Source of the DNA: Trypethelium eluteriae
Lineage: Eukaryota
DNA: 33,043 nt
NCBI GenBank assembly: GCA_051942245.1
Contig: JAVECL010000248.1
Coordinates: 1 to 33,043 of the forward strand
Reading direction: 5' to 3'
Shown here: piece after piece, positions 1 to 10,791 of the stretch
Position numbering within the stretch: the stretch's first letter is position 1
How the letters are laid out: the number at the start of each line of letters is the position of its first letter
The notes under the pieces: model-generated
Seen by the model: the letters and a program-made list of their open reading frames with translations, nothing else
What the model was told of the DNA's origin: nothing
Database searches by the model: none
Position numbers and translations under genes: made by a program

Positions 1-2
1 GA

Positions 3-86
3 GGGACGGTGTTGGTGAATGCGGCGTTGATGGATGAGGCGACGGGAAGGTTGAGGGAGGGAGGTGTACACGTTGTGGATATATGA
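3..86 (+). CDS. 3' end (partial) of probable calcineurin-like metallophosphoesterase (MPPED-like)
   Basis: Frame from base 3 reads GTVLVNAALMDEATGRLREGGVHVVDI-stop (TGA 84-86). The VNAA...VVDI ending resembles fungal MPPED-type metallophosphoesterase C-termini. Only 27 residues are visible. Confidence 0.5.
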   Translation, partial: GTVLVNAALMDEATGRLREGGVHVVDI

Positions 87-1303
87 GAGTTAGGTGGGAG
101 GAGCTTTGTAAGTAGGTGTGTATATACATTGATACGTTAATACGATGATTTAGGCTACTGCGCGCCTCCGTGACGGAAGCGTGAGATCCACTTCCGTACT
201 CTGTCGCTCTGCCACTTTAGTGGCAAATGCGCATCTTTTCGGTGTGCTGCTATCTGACTCCTTCCTCTTCCCGATCGTTAGCTTATCTATTGACAAAGGT
301 AACGCGACGTCTTCCTTCGCCAGGATTGGCATAAGGAAGGCTTCGTCATTGGCGTGCATATTGCGCGATTGTAAAGCCGCCCTCATTTGAACTCTGGTAT
401 GTTCATGCATGATGCTGGAATCTTGATAAGTATGCTTTCCTATGATGGTACGTTTGAGGAACAATTTACCGGCTATATCCTGTCAAAGTACCACGAGGAT
501 CTTTCAACTGTTGGTGTAACTTTTCATACATTTTCCTACCATCTGTGGTCAGTGTCATGTTCCTTTGGTCACTAGTACTCCAGTACAAATAGCACCTACC
601 TTGAATACTTTGTGAGCATTGCTTTTGTATCGAAAGAGTTCGTTACAGCTTGTTCACATTTCGTCGATACTTGAACTGGTCTTGATTGCTCTACTGTAGA
701 TGGATCGCTTTCATGATCTCTTTCAAGCACCGCTTCGACTCTCTTCCTCTGCGAGGTTTGTAGGCGTCGAAGTCGCATCATTTGAAACAAGCAAGATGCA
801 GAGGTAGAACCTCAAGTGCATACCGGTTTCAATTGATATCATCCTTATATTAACTCTTATTAAGGGCAAACCCAGGACATCGGGAAATACCAGGTGGCTT
901 TCGAGTAGCTCTTCGACCCGATACGTCCAAGCTCTTTGTCCAGAACCGTGTCTTCCTTCCCATCTGTTCCATCGCCGGTGGTCGGTCGATTCGAAGCTTG
1001 ACATGACTTGGAGGTGCCGATATGCCGATGTTCGCGTTCACTTTCCGCATTGGTGGACAACAGTGCTGCATTCCAGAGACGTTTTCAGCCATCACCCACA
1101 AGACATCGCACGGCTCCCGAGCCTCCAGGAATTCAGACGACGAGATGGAGATAGCGTATCTGCTGCATGCAGCCACCAGATTCAAGGCATTAAAGATGAC
1201 GACGGTTGTCTTCCAAAGCGCTCCTCATTCTCGTCAAATCTTTACACTCTGAGATTCTAGCCTTCACAGCCCGACTACTCCAATAACGAGCAAAGAGAAC
1301 GCA

Positions 1304-2181
1304 ATGACTTTCCATCGAAGCATTTCACTCGCCATAATCCTCGTCGTAGGATATTTAGAAACCATCCTAGGCCAAATTCCGGAACTTTCAGATATCCCGA
1401 AGTGCGCGGTAAGAACAAAATGGCATCTTTTGGTTGCATAACAGGAACAGAGTAGAAGACTGATCCGCCATCACAGCAACCTGCGATCCTCTCAAGTCTT
1501 CAAAATTCTGGTTGCGATCCCGCCGATATCAATTGCTTATGCAATAGCAAAGACTTTATTAGTGCTTTGACAACAAGCATCCAAAGTGCCTGTGATGCTG
1601 CGGATCAAGCCAGTAAGTGGGATTGAACCTTGCCATGCTCCGAGGTATCTTCTCAGTCGTATCACTGATGTACTGTACTTCCTTCAGAAGTCCTTCAAGC
1701 TGGTCAGCAGCTCTGTCCTGGTATCACGGCCCACATTCCAGCTTCCGCATTGCCCACCTCAAGCATATCCTCTGATACCAAATCTCCAAGCCCAACAGCA
1801 ACTCCTACATCGAGCGACAACTCGGAAGACGGCAACAATAGCGCCAGCAGTGATACTGCGACCGGCACAATCTCCAACGATCAGGGCTCCCTTCCGTCCT
1901 CTATAGACGCATCATCAACCGGAACAAATATGACGGCCAACTCCACAGCGACAGGAGCAATAGAAGCATCGCCAACGGCACCAGCAGGCGGTCTGCTCAC
2001 AGCACCTCCTACCAGTCCTGGAAGGTCATCTCCAACAGGAAATTATTCGAGTCTGTTTGGAAGCAATTTCAGCTCCTCAGCAGAAGAGTATCCTGAGGCA
2101 GCGTTGGTTTTTGGCAAGCTCCCCATGAGCTTGTTGGCTTTGGTGATAGCAGTCATGAGCTTGGCTTTCGTATATCTGTGA
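1304..2181 (+). CDS. Secreted, probably GPI-anchored CFEM-domain protein (~244 aa)
   Basis: Exons 1304-1408, 1477-1612, 1688-2181 (introns gtaaga..cag, gtaagt..cag) splice in frame. Signal peptide MTFHRSISLAIILVVGYLETILG; CFEM-like IPKCAQPAILSSLQNSGCDPADINCLCNSKDFISALTTSIQSACDAADQAKVLQAGQQLC; Ser/Thr-rich stalk; hydrophobic C-terminus. Confidence 0.85.
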
Positions 2182-3350
2182 ATGCCGAGAAGTCCCGAAG
2201 GGATTAAGTTGCAACAAAATCAGATAGAATTTCAACATTACGTTCCGCATGTGCAGGAGACGGCAGCCCCTCGCATCCCTGTGTCTTCTTGGGTCATGTC
2301 ATGGACAGGTTGGCTGAGTCCCGTCGTGCTTGAGACTAATGTAGTAGTGTAACCAAAACAATAAAGTCGTGCGATCAGTTATGGGCCAATTTTTAAAAAC
2401 TTTAGGGAGACCCTCATACAAAGGTAAAAGGAAGTCTCAGAGCAAAGTCTTGTGTAGACGAGAGTCAGTCCGTGGACCCTGTAGTAACCCGCGTATATTT
2501 GCCGCGTATGCTCGGACCTTTGTAGTCGAAGAAATCAAGTTCCCGTGGACTAGTTCAACAGCGACAAGAGGCTTCGTGTTCTATGCCGAGTTTATTTGTA
2601 ATGTCAAACGGAAAGACTGCAGCCACCAGTAGCAAGGTAGCCACTGTCTGTGTTGAGGATGAGCAACCCAGTCTTAGCAAGGGAGACTAAAGCATTTTTC
2701 AGGACACGATCTCCTCGGATAGGACGAGCTAGTGGACGAGGCGTCGTGAAAGCGAGAGTTCCGGACATTATCGTCCTGATGTTTCGTCCTGCTCTTGGTG
2801 GTCTCCAGCAAGTAGTTTACAAAACTCATTTGTCGCTGCTAGAACAAGGTGGTCAAGACGTAGCCAATAACATAAGCTTCAGAGGAGAAAGAGAATCTTC
2901 ATCGGAGACGAGATTGAAATTGTATCTTCTCTATAGACAAGGGCTGATAGAAGATATCTGAGTGCGCTGATGAACTTAAGACTGAACAACCCCATCGCAG
3001 AGGCACTTACAAATACAGGGTCCATTCCGGAGGCCGTAGAGTACACCGCACTTCTGAGTCGGTGAAAGAGTGTATGAATCGAGAATCCTGCGCCTGGGAT
3101 CCTGGAAAGTCTATGGGATGTTCATCGCGGTAGAAACTCATGTCCAAAGACAACACTGCTGTTTCGCTGACCGCCAGATTCTACTGCAAGCACGTCATCC
3201 TCAGCGAGTAGTCTGAGGAACAGCATTCCCGAAAGCTGCAGACCAACACCTCCCTCGGGGCTTTTTCTAAAGATACACAGGGCCATCTTATCAACTTTCC
3301 TCTTCTTATTATCAATGTATCCAGTTGCAATGCACCTTCTTGATTGATTC

Positions 3351-4772
3351 TTAATTTGCGAACTCGCGGCTCTCACCGATCTCACAGACGTCGAAAACTC
3401 CTTCCTCTGGCATACCTTTCCAGGCAAGAGCTTTCTTAAGGATCCTTGGAGGCTCGAGGACATCTTCTTCGGTGAGCACCCAAGTGCCCCAGTGTATGCC
3501 CATGGCTTTCCGGCATTTTGTATCGAGGAAGATGTTCACTGAGTCATAGGGGTTTGCATGCATTGGTGACATGATGAATCGAGGGTTGTATGCTCCGATG
3601 GGTATTAGGCCAAGATCAAAAGGACCACGGAGGTCACCAATTTGTTTGAATGCAGGGCAGTGGGGCTTGTTGTATTTTGGATCGTAATCATCTTCACCAG
3701 CAGGGAGCTCGTCGACTGAGCGGTATCCCGTATCGCTGTGAAGTCAGTATGCATGCTTAAGGTTTGTAACGAGTTTGAGGCTTACCCGCCGAACCAGATC
3801 TTCTTCCCGCCGCTTTCAATACTCCATGAGGACCAGAGAGTATGACACTTGTCGAATGGTGTCCGAGCACTCATATGTTGGCAAGGTAGACAACCAATCG
3901 TAGCCTGGATGTCGTTGGGGCCCTTATCGGTATTTGTCTCTATAGACTTCTCTTTCACGGCCGACTTCTGACCATCGCCACCTTTAGTCGATAGATGAAT
4001 GTCTCGACAATCCCACCAGTCTAGCTCAGTCATATTATGGACCCCGCTATTCTTGAACCATGTCTTGTTCCCCAAGGGAGCAAAGAAATGTGCGTGCGGG
4101 TATTTCTCTTGGATTTTCATGATTGTAGGGTGGGAAAGGTGGTCGTAATGGTTATGGGAGATGACGACGAGGTCGACATGCGGGATATCCTCAATTTGGC
4201 ATGGCATATCCGTATACCTCTTTGGGCCCATGAAAGAAAAAGGAGAACAGCGCTCGGTGAAGACAGGATCGAAGAGTACTCGCAAGCCACCAGGAAACTC
4301 AACATAGTAGCAGGCGTGTCCTAACCACGTGGCTCGTAATGTGCTAGTCTCTCGGCTCGGTAGAAACTTGGGTTTATGGACAGGAACGGTCGGCGGCATC
4401 GTGTCTGGAATATTGCTCTTGCCTGATAGTCGTCTCCTGAGCACTCGTTGTTAGGATACGAAGCATACAAAAGCCACGGAGTGACTATACTTACCATGCC
4501 ATGGCCCCCACAAGCTCTCTGACGCTCCTCTCGTTGAATGATGGCCAGGGATTTATAAAACCTTTGCCGTTTTGCAAGTGATGGCGTAGTTCTTTCGCTT
4601 CCTCCGGCTTTGCTCCAATCGCCTGAGCTGGAGCGCTCACGGCAGCATAAAGGGCGACTGAAGTGGAAGCGGATGACATTTTTGGGCTATCGTGGAAAGA
4701 CTTTTTGCTGAAGGCGAAGCTTTGTCTTGCTTTAAAGAGTCGGCGGGAGATATGTTGGAAAAGCCAATGCAT
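3351..4772 (-). CDS. N-acyl-phosphatidylethanolamine phospholipase D-like metallo-beta-lactamase (Fmp30-like), ~437 aa
   Basis: Exons 4772-4495, 4436-3786, 3735-3351. Motifs GFINPW, TWLGHA, LFDPVF, SHNHYDH (HxHxDH), ELDWW, PCQH, GDTGY (formed across intron 2), PIGAY, GIHWGTW. Alternative in-frame ATG at 4679. Confidence 0.92.
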
Positions 4773-5218
4773 CGCCAGGACACAGGACTTGTAGTCTTAT
4801 AGAAACTGTCCCATGTGTAAGCCTGAGCTGTGTGACCTGCGCCCAAAAGATTGCGCGAAATCACCAGATGCGCCAGATGGGCTCGCTCTTCCAGCGAAAC
4901 ACAGCAGAGCACAGACAGCGTAGGCTCCCAGAAATTCGCGTTTCCGCTTCTTAGCGCGTCCCGGCAACATTAACATCCCGTCTCCGATCCATTACGGGCG
5001 AATCGGAGGTGACTTGAAATTCATGAAGTATGGGTGTATGCATGCATGGGTGCATGGTTGGCATTACATCATGAAGGAAGGGGAGTTTCCTGAGTTTTCT
5101 TCCTAACTCCGAAGCACTTGCATTCAAGCCAGACGCCCCCTACACAACCACCCAACCTTGGAAGGCTTTTTAGGCTCTTACCCGACGCATGAAACCTTCG
5201 TACCCTTTAGTGACCAAC

Positions 5219-7171
5219 TCAATCTGCACCTGTCTTCTCTAGAATCGTCTTGATCATCTCATTACCTAGTTTCACTGCTCCGGGAAATCGAGGTGCAAAA
5301 TACTCCTGAATTTCTTCAAACTTCTGCCGATAACCATTCATGCTTCCAAACCTCACGAATTCACTCCAGGTCTATTTGCGTCAGCATGTGCAAAACGAAT
5401 GTGGGTGCGTACCTACTTGTGCGGCAGAGACGAAGCGCAAGTCGTCGCCACGAAATGAAGCGTCATAAATCGCAGTTTCCAGAGCTTCGTCTAGCAACTT
5501 CGGATTACGAAAGAGGTATTGCGTGATCCCTAGCCATAGTCGAAAGAGCTGTTGATGTTAGTCAAGGCAGGGGCTCCCATGAAATGCCAGACGCACCGGA
5601 GTAGAACATATCATGTGATTGTATGGTACGATTCCCAGTTTCCACCAACAGTCAACCATAGCGAGGAGACTCAAGTGGTTGTTCTTCACCCTCTCCGGAG
5701 GCAATTCGGCCAACGAAAACCGATCCAGAACATCATCCCTGAGTAGGAGATCGTCATCACCAGCATCACCCTTAAATACGGCTGCCTTAGCTGATTCCAC
5801 GCGCTTCCGCAGCTCCTCACGATGTCCACCAAGCATGAGAGTGAAAAGTTCTTTTGCCGAATCAGCATATTGCCTAATTTGCTTCTTTGCAGAAGGATTA
5901 AGGATCGCGAGGCCGGCATAAACATGCCATTTGTTCGAATAGATACGGAGCGTTACATTAATCTTGACATTCTCGATCCCACCAATGTAACGCGGTATCT
6001 CCCACGGAAACTCCTTCCCACCGGCCCATGCCGTACCCATGCTAATGGAGGTTAGTAGTTTTTTTCAAATATCGCGCTGTCTACGCACCTTAGAAAGGCT
6101 GCGTGAAGCACTGCCTGAGTATCTGCTGTGATCCGGTCGTGTTCTTCTGCTGTCAACTTGACGTGTTTTGAACCCAAACAGGAAAGCATGGACTCCACCA
6201 TATCGAAGCTTCGTTGAGAAGCACGATGCTTGATGAGGACCTGTCAAGTCATCAGCAGCTGTTGATTTACGTGGGTTAAGCAACTGACAAGGGGTTGGCC
6301 TTTTGGGTCCACACCGGGGCCATGCAGCGAGTGACACGAGACAATTTCGGTCTCCTGGGGTAAGTGTTTCTCAAAAGCAGCCATCTCTGGTGCTTTGCAA
6401 GACGTTTGTCCACCTACTACTGCTCCCGGTCTTGTTGCTGTTCACATGATGGGTCAAAAGTCTTTCTTTTCAGGTAGAGAATGTGGGATTTACATGGACC
6501 ATACTCAGCAACTACGGCATCAATATTCTCTGCTTCTACACTGTAGATGATATAGTCGCTGACCCAAACCACGGAATGGCCATTTGGACAAATAACGACG
6601 TTATCCTGAGAGAAATTTATCTTAGCTAATATTGAAAATTATGTACATGAGATAGCCCTACGTTACCCTCAAACAGCTTTCGTAGCTCATCAAATTTACT
6701 AGGCACGTCACAGGCATTGATCCTGTTGTTCAAAAAGAATTATTAGTTCTCCTCAAAGTAGAGCCGCAGTGGGGTAGTTTGATAAACCTGTGCATACTTA
6801 GTAAGAAGTTGATACAGTGCGCTAGAGGTGCGTTAAGGGCGAAGGGAAATTTCAGACAAGTAATTATTAGGTAGCTGAGAGTTTACATCATCGAAAGCCA
6901 TTCGCCAAAGCCACAAGCCAGAATGGCGATGCAGCAAAGCGAAGGCAATCCTCGAGCCAAATGCGCTCAAGTCATCATAACATGCTTCGACATGGCTAGC
7001 AGCCAAGGAAATCGTCACTCACCAGGGACGAGGAGCGTGTAGCAGAAACATCAAGGCCAGTAAAGCTTTCGGCTCTGAAGTATCTTACCTCCACCCCGCA
7101 GAACTCAACCTTCTTGCGTACATCTTCCCCATATCCCCCATACCGATGATGCCGATCGATTTGTGCTCCAT
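5219..7171 (-). CDS. TYR1: Prephenate dehydrogenase (NADP+), ~428 aa
   Basis: Eight exons: 7171-7089, 6722-6662, 6605-6494, 6437-6289, 6240-6089, 6041-5597, 5548-5417, 5371-5219; phases are consistent (1287 nt). Rossmann motif IGIIGMGDMG, SDYIIYSVEA, VGGQTSCK, CHSLHGP, HDRITADTQA, YSNKWHVYAGLAILNP, NNHLSLLAMVDCW, MICSTPLFRLWLG. Confidence 0.95.
6848..6983 (-). ncRNA. snR13: Box C/D snoRNA, snR13 homolog (25S rRNA 2'-O-methylation guide), intronic in TYR1
   Basis: On the minus strand: C box ATGATGA (6978-6972); guide GAGCGCATTTGGCT (6968-6955), complementary with one bulge to conserved LSU rRNA AGCCAAATGCCTC; D'-like CGAG (6954-6951); internal stem GCCATTC..GAATGGC; C' TGATGT (6890-6885); AGCTACCT (6876-6869), complementary to the adjacent rRNA AGGTAGC; D box CTGA (6855-6852). 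The element order matches yeast snR13 as I recall it. Ends are approximate. Confidence 0.88.
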
Positions 7172-7871
7172 TCTTGCGAGATGAAGTCCTATTTTCCGGG
7201 CCAAAAAACCGAGGCGCAACTAGACATAGCTACTTCAAGGATATCGAAGTAGCTTCCGCCGTGGCGCATTGCTAAGCAATATATGCAAAAGTCACGTAGG
7301 GTGTTGAGGACTGAGGAGTGTCGGCGAAAACTTTAGTGACTGGCGTGGGATGAATAAGGCTAAACCATTTCAAGCTAGCTCATCTGGTGCACATTTTGCC
7401 CACGCTTTGACTTTGACATTATACCACAGCAGACGAAAGACAAAACGGCGACCCTAGCCACTATTGGTATGGAGATTGAGGCCGATCGTGAGGGAATCTG
7501 CCTCTATTCTGCAAGGGGTGATTGCCTGGTCTCCTGCGAAAGGCTTTACATTAAGCATGTTAAAAGGACACTTCGCTCTATATACTTAATGTTAGATATC
7601 CATTGGTCGCGGAAAACATAGCAGCTACAGCTAAGTACATAGAGATCGTGAAATATATCTAGCAAACAATGATCTCATGCCCGTTCACATTCCCTAGAAA
7701 CCCCTGAGAAGCACCAGAGCACCTCGCTCAACTAAGCTCAACGCCAAAGCAATGCCAATGTCCTTTACATCAACGACAATTCAGCGCCAAGCTCAAATCC
7801 TGTAGCAAATTATTCCTGTCCACGTTTTGGCTTCTGTTCGAGCACGTATGTTCCGGATTTGGAATGCTCCA

Positions 7872-10201
7872 TCAGTTAATTTCCATCCCCTCGTCATCCT
7901 CGGCATCTCCGTCGCCATCCTCACCATCAGCATTACTACCTGCCCTCCTCTTCCTCGCCGCCTCTCTATGCGCTTGCCCCTGCCACCCCAGTCTACCACC
8001 TCCCAGCCCTCCCAAGGCTTCCACCTCATCTCCACCGACGACCCTCCCATCTGCATCCACCTCCTCACACAACTCCATCAATGCCCTTCGTCTCAACGAC
8101 GCGAACCCAACTGTCCGCACCACCCGACCCCAGTGGCACATACAAAAGCTCGCCGCCCGCCGCTTGAGCCACTCTTCCCCTGCCGTTGCCGCGCGCTCCC
8201 AGATGCGGGCAGCATTCTCGACATCGAGCTCACGTGAGAGGCGATTGACGCAGAGGAGGCGCAGGCGCGGCATGTCGTACATGTTGGCCATGACAAGCAT
8301 GCCGGCGACATCCCAGAGGGAGGGACCGGAGGCAGCCGGGTCAGTGGAAGCGGAGGAGGATGAGGAAGAGTGCGAGTTTTGGGCGATGGAGTCGGTGTAG
8401 AGGTAGTAGAGGAAAGACCGCACGACAGAGTAGGGTTCGGGGATGTGCATCTTCTTGGTGTGGAATTCGAGCATTTGAGAGTTGTAGACGCGATTGAAAT
8501 GGGGCCAACGCGCTTGGAGAATGAGCCGATGGGCGTGGATTGGGCGAGAGGTGTTGGATTCCTGATGTGCGGAATTGTCGCTGGATTGTGTTGTTTTGCC
8601 CATTATCGCGCCTTCATCGTCGGAAGCGTCATCATCATCGTCGCGCTCGCCCGTAATGATGAAATCGGCTCCGCTACCAGCCTCAGGAGCCTGGTCAAAG
8701 GTTTGTGCAAGATCAGCACCAATGCCGGACAAATGACCGCTACTTTGGCCATCTGATGCTGGCATCTTTAGATATTGAGACCGAGACTCGGCAGTCAGCG
8801 TGTTACCCAGCAACCCAAGCTTACGCAAGTCAATAGGTAAAACATCGCTCAAGTATTCTTCGGCATTCCCATTATCACGTGTGGGCTCTGTCGGACAGCC
8901 AAGGAGCCAAGCGTGAGTTCCCTCTTCATTCATAGCGCAGTAAAGCCAGCGGTAGCTGGGGTTGAACAAATCTTTTCCGTCCGCAAGTCGTGACCAACGC
9001 AAAGTGTCGAGGTCTAGCATCGAAAGACTGGTCTCGTTGGAGTTAATTACAGTTGCAGGAGTGAGAAAATCGAGCAGGCAACCGGACGTAAAGACATGAA
9101 AGTGATTGCCGAATGTTTGAGGTGGTAGGTTAGGGCTCGAAACAAATCGAAGAGACGATATAGAGCCAGGAGCAACTGGCGCCATTCGTGAAGTATGATG
9201 CCCGGGATTAACCTGGACACTGCTTGAATTGGCGGTGTACCCGCCAGAAGGCACTGGAGGATTCGTAGGCTGAGGGTATTGTATCGTGGAGTACCGAGGA
9301 GGTTGCGTGTTTCGATCGGCCGTACCAAATACCAGCTGGTCCTCAAAAGTTTGAGTTCCTCTAAAATCTAGCCACCAGATTTCGCTTGCACGATCCATAT
9401 CCTCTCCAATTCCACCAAACACCCAGATCCTTCCTTCCCATACCCAGCTGGAATGATCGTAGCGTGGCACGAAGCGCCATGTGCGGGACCATGTCCATGT
9501 CTTCAAATCGAGATAGCAGATGTCGTCGAGCACGACACTTTCATTTCCAGTCAAGCCTCCTAAGATGAACAACTTTTCGTCATGAATCACGGCCGAGTGC
9601 CGAGCCCTTCCTCGTGGTACTGGTCCACTGAGTTCCGGCTGTGTCCAAGTTGCGGTCTTGAGATCAAATATTATGACGTCAGACAGGTACGCTCGGTGTT
9701 CGTTTTCTCCTCCATATACCAGTAGTTTCTCCCCTTGCCATAGGTTTGCAGTATGACCCATGCGGACTCCCGGTATATCCCCATAGTTATCAACAAGACT
9801 CCACTGTCGAGCGTTGAGGTCGAGCTTGAGAACATGGTTGTAGACTTGAAATCAATGGTCAACTCTACGCAAATCAGAAAGGAGGCCAACTATTTACCTT
9901 CGTCCGTATACTGGTCGAAGCCACCAAAGGCATATATTTTGTTATTGCCGACATAAGTCACCGAAGCATTGACGAGACATGCTGGACGCTGGCCCACAGT
10001 GGTAATAATCTTGGGCTTGTAGCCGTCATTGCTCCGCTTGCGGCTGCGAATCGGACTGGCAGACATGAGGTAGGTGTTGTTCGAAGAGGAGGTCGAGCTA
10101 GGAGTAGCAGTGATGGGCGGAAGAGGCTGCGATGTGTGTGAGAAAGGCGATAGGAGATTGGTAAGGATTGAGGTAGTAGTTGTGTGTGGATTTATGGCCA
10201 T
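7872..10201 (-). CDS. ral2: Kelch-repeat plus BTB/POZ protein, Ral2-like (Ras signalling), ~758 aa
   Basis: Exons 10201-9898 and 9844-7872 (53-nt intron gtaaat..caag). Kelch blades (IYAFGGFDQYTDEVYN, LLVYGGE, LFILGG, IWVFGG) and a BTB domain (ADFII..IHAHRLILQARWPHF..FLYYLYTD..ANMYDMPRLRLLC). The start is uncertain (10201 or 10066). Confidence 0.85.
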
Positions 10202-10791
10202 CGGACTATTGCATCGAGTAGGAGTAGTACATTGGCGCTGGGGAGCTCAATGGCCCAGGTGAAGAGGGTACGGCTTCATTAAGATTCTCAGTCGTTTTGG
10301 ATCTTCTTGCAATAGCCAGAGGGGAAGATTCTGCGAAGGTCGAGGAAATGCGAGGTGGAAAAGGGCGGGTAGCGGTGTAGGTTGAGGTTGCTCGTAAAGG
10401 TGAGGCTGCAAAAATGGTGGTCCCGGCAGTATCCAACCCCTGTCACCGCTTCGTCATTGGCCTGACCCACTCGGTGCACCTGCGGCATCGGCATACGTTG
10501 CCCGGCAACCCACGAGTAAACGCTCCACTCTCCATGCTAGGTACATGTACCTGCTTCTTTGCTCGTTCTCTCCCTTTCTTCTCTTCACCTCACCACTGAA
10601 CAAACCAAAGCACTCAAACTCCTTACCGCAAAACTATCTTGCCCTCTCACGGCCACCAAATATCTGCTTCATCATACAGAAATTACTAACCAGAATCACT
10701 ACAGCAGTAAGCATCAAGTCAGCCCTTTCGAAAGATGTATGGTTGCTAACGACTTCTAGGCACCACCTAACGACCATAGCTTTTAGCAGAT

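Noticed and set aside
2200..3350. ORFs 2369-2632, 2650-2961 and 3122-3463
   Set aside because: Non-ATG or overlapping starts and no family similarity; the region lies between convergent 3' ends.
7827..8756. Plus-strand ORFs antisense to the ral2 3' region
   Set aside because: Typical antisense shadows of GC-rich codon usage; the minus-strand Kelch-BTB frame explains the region.
10206..10436. 76-aa ORF as a ral2 first exon
   Set aside because: It starts at TTG, is out of frame with ral2, and has no convincing intron to join them.
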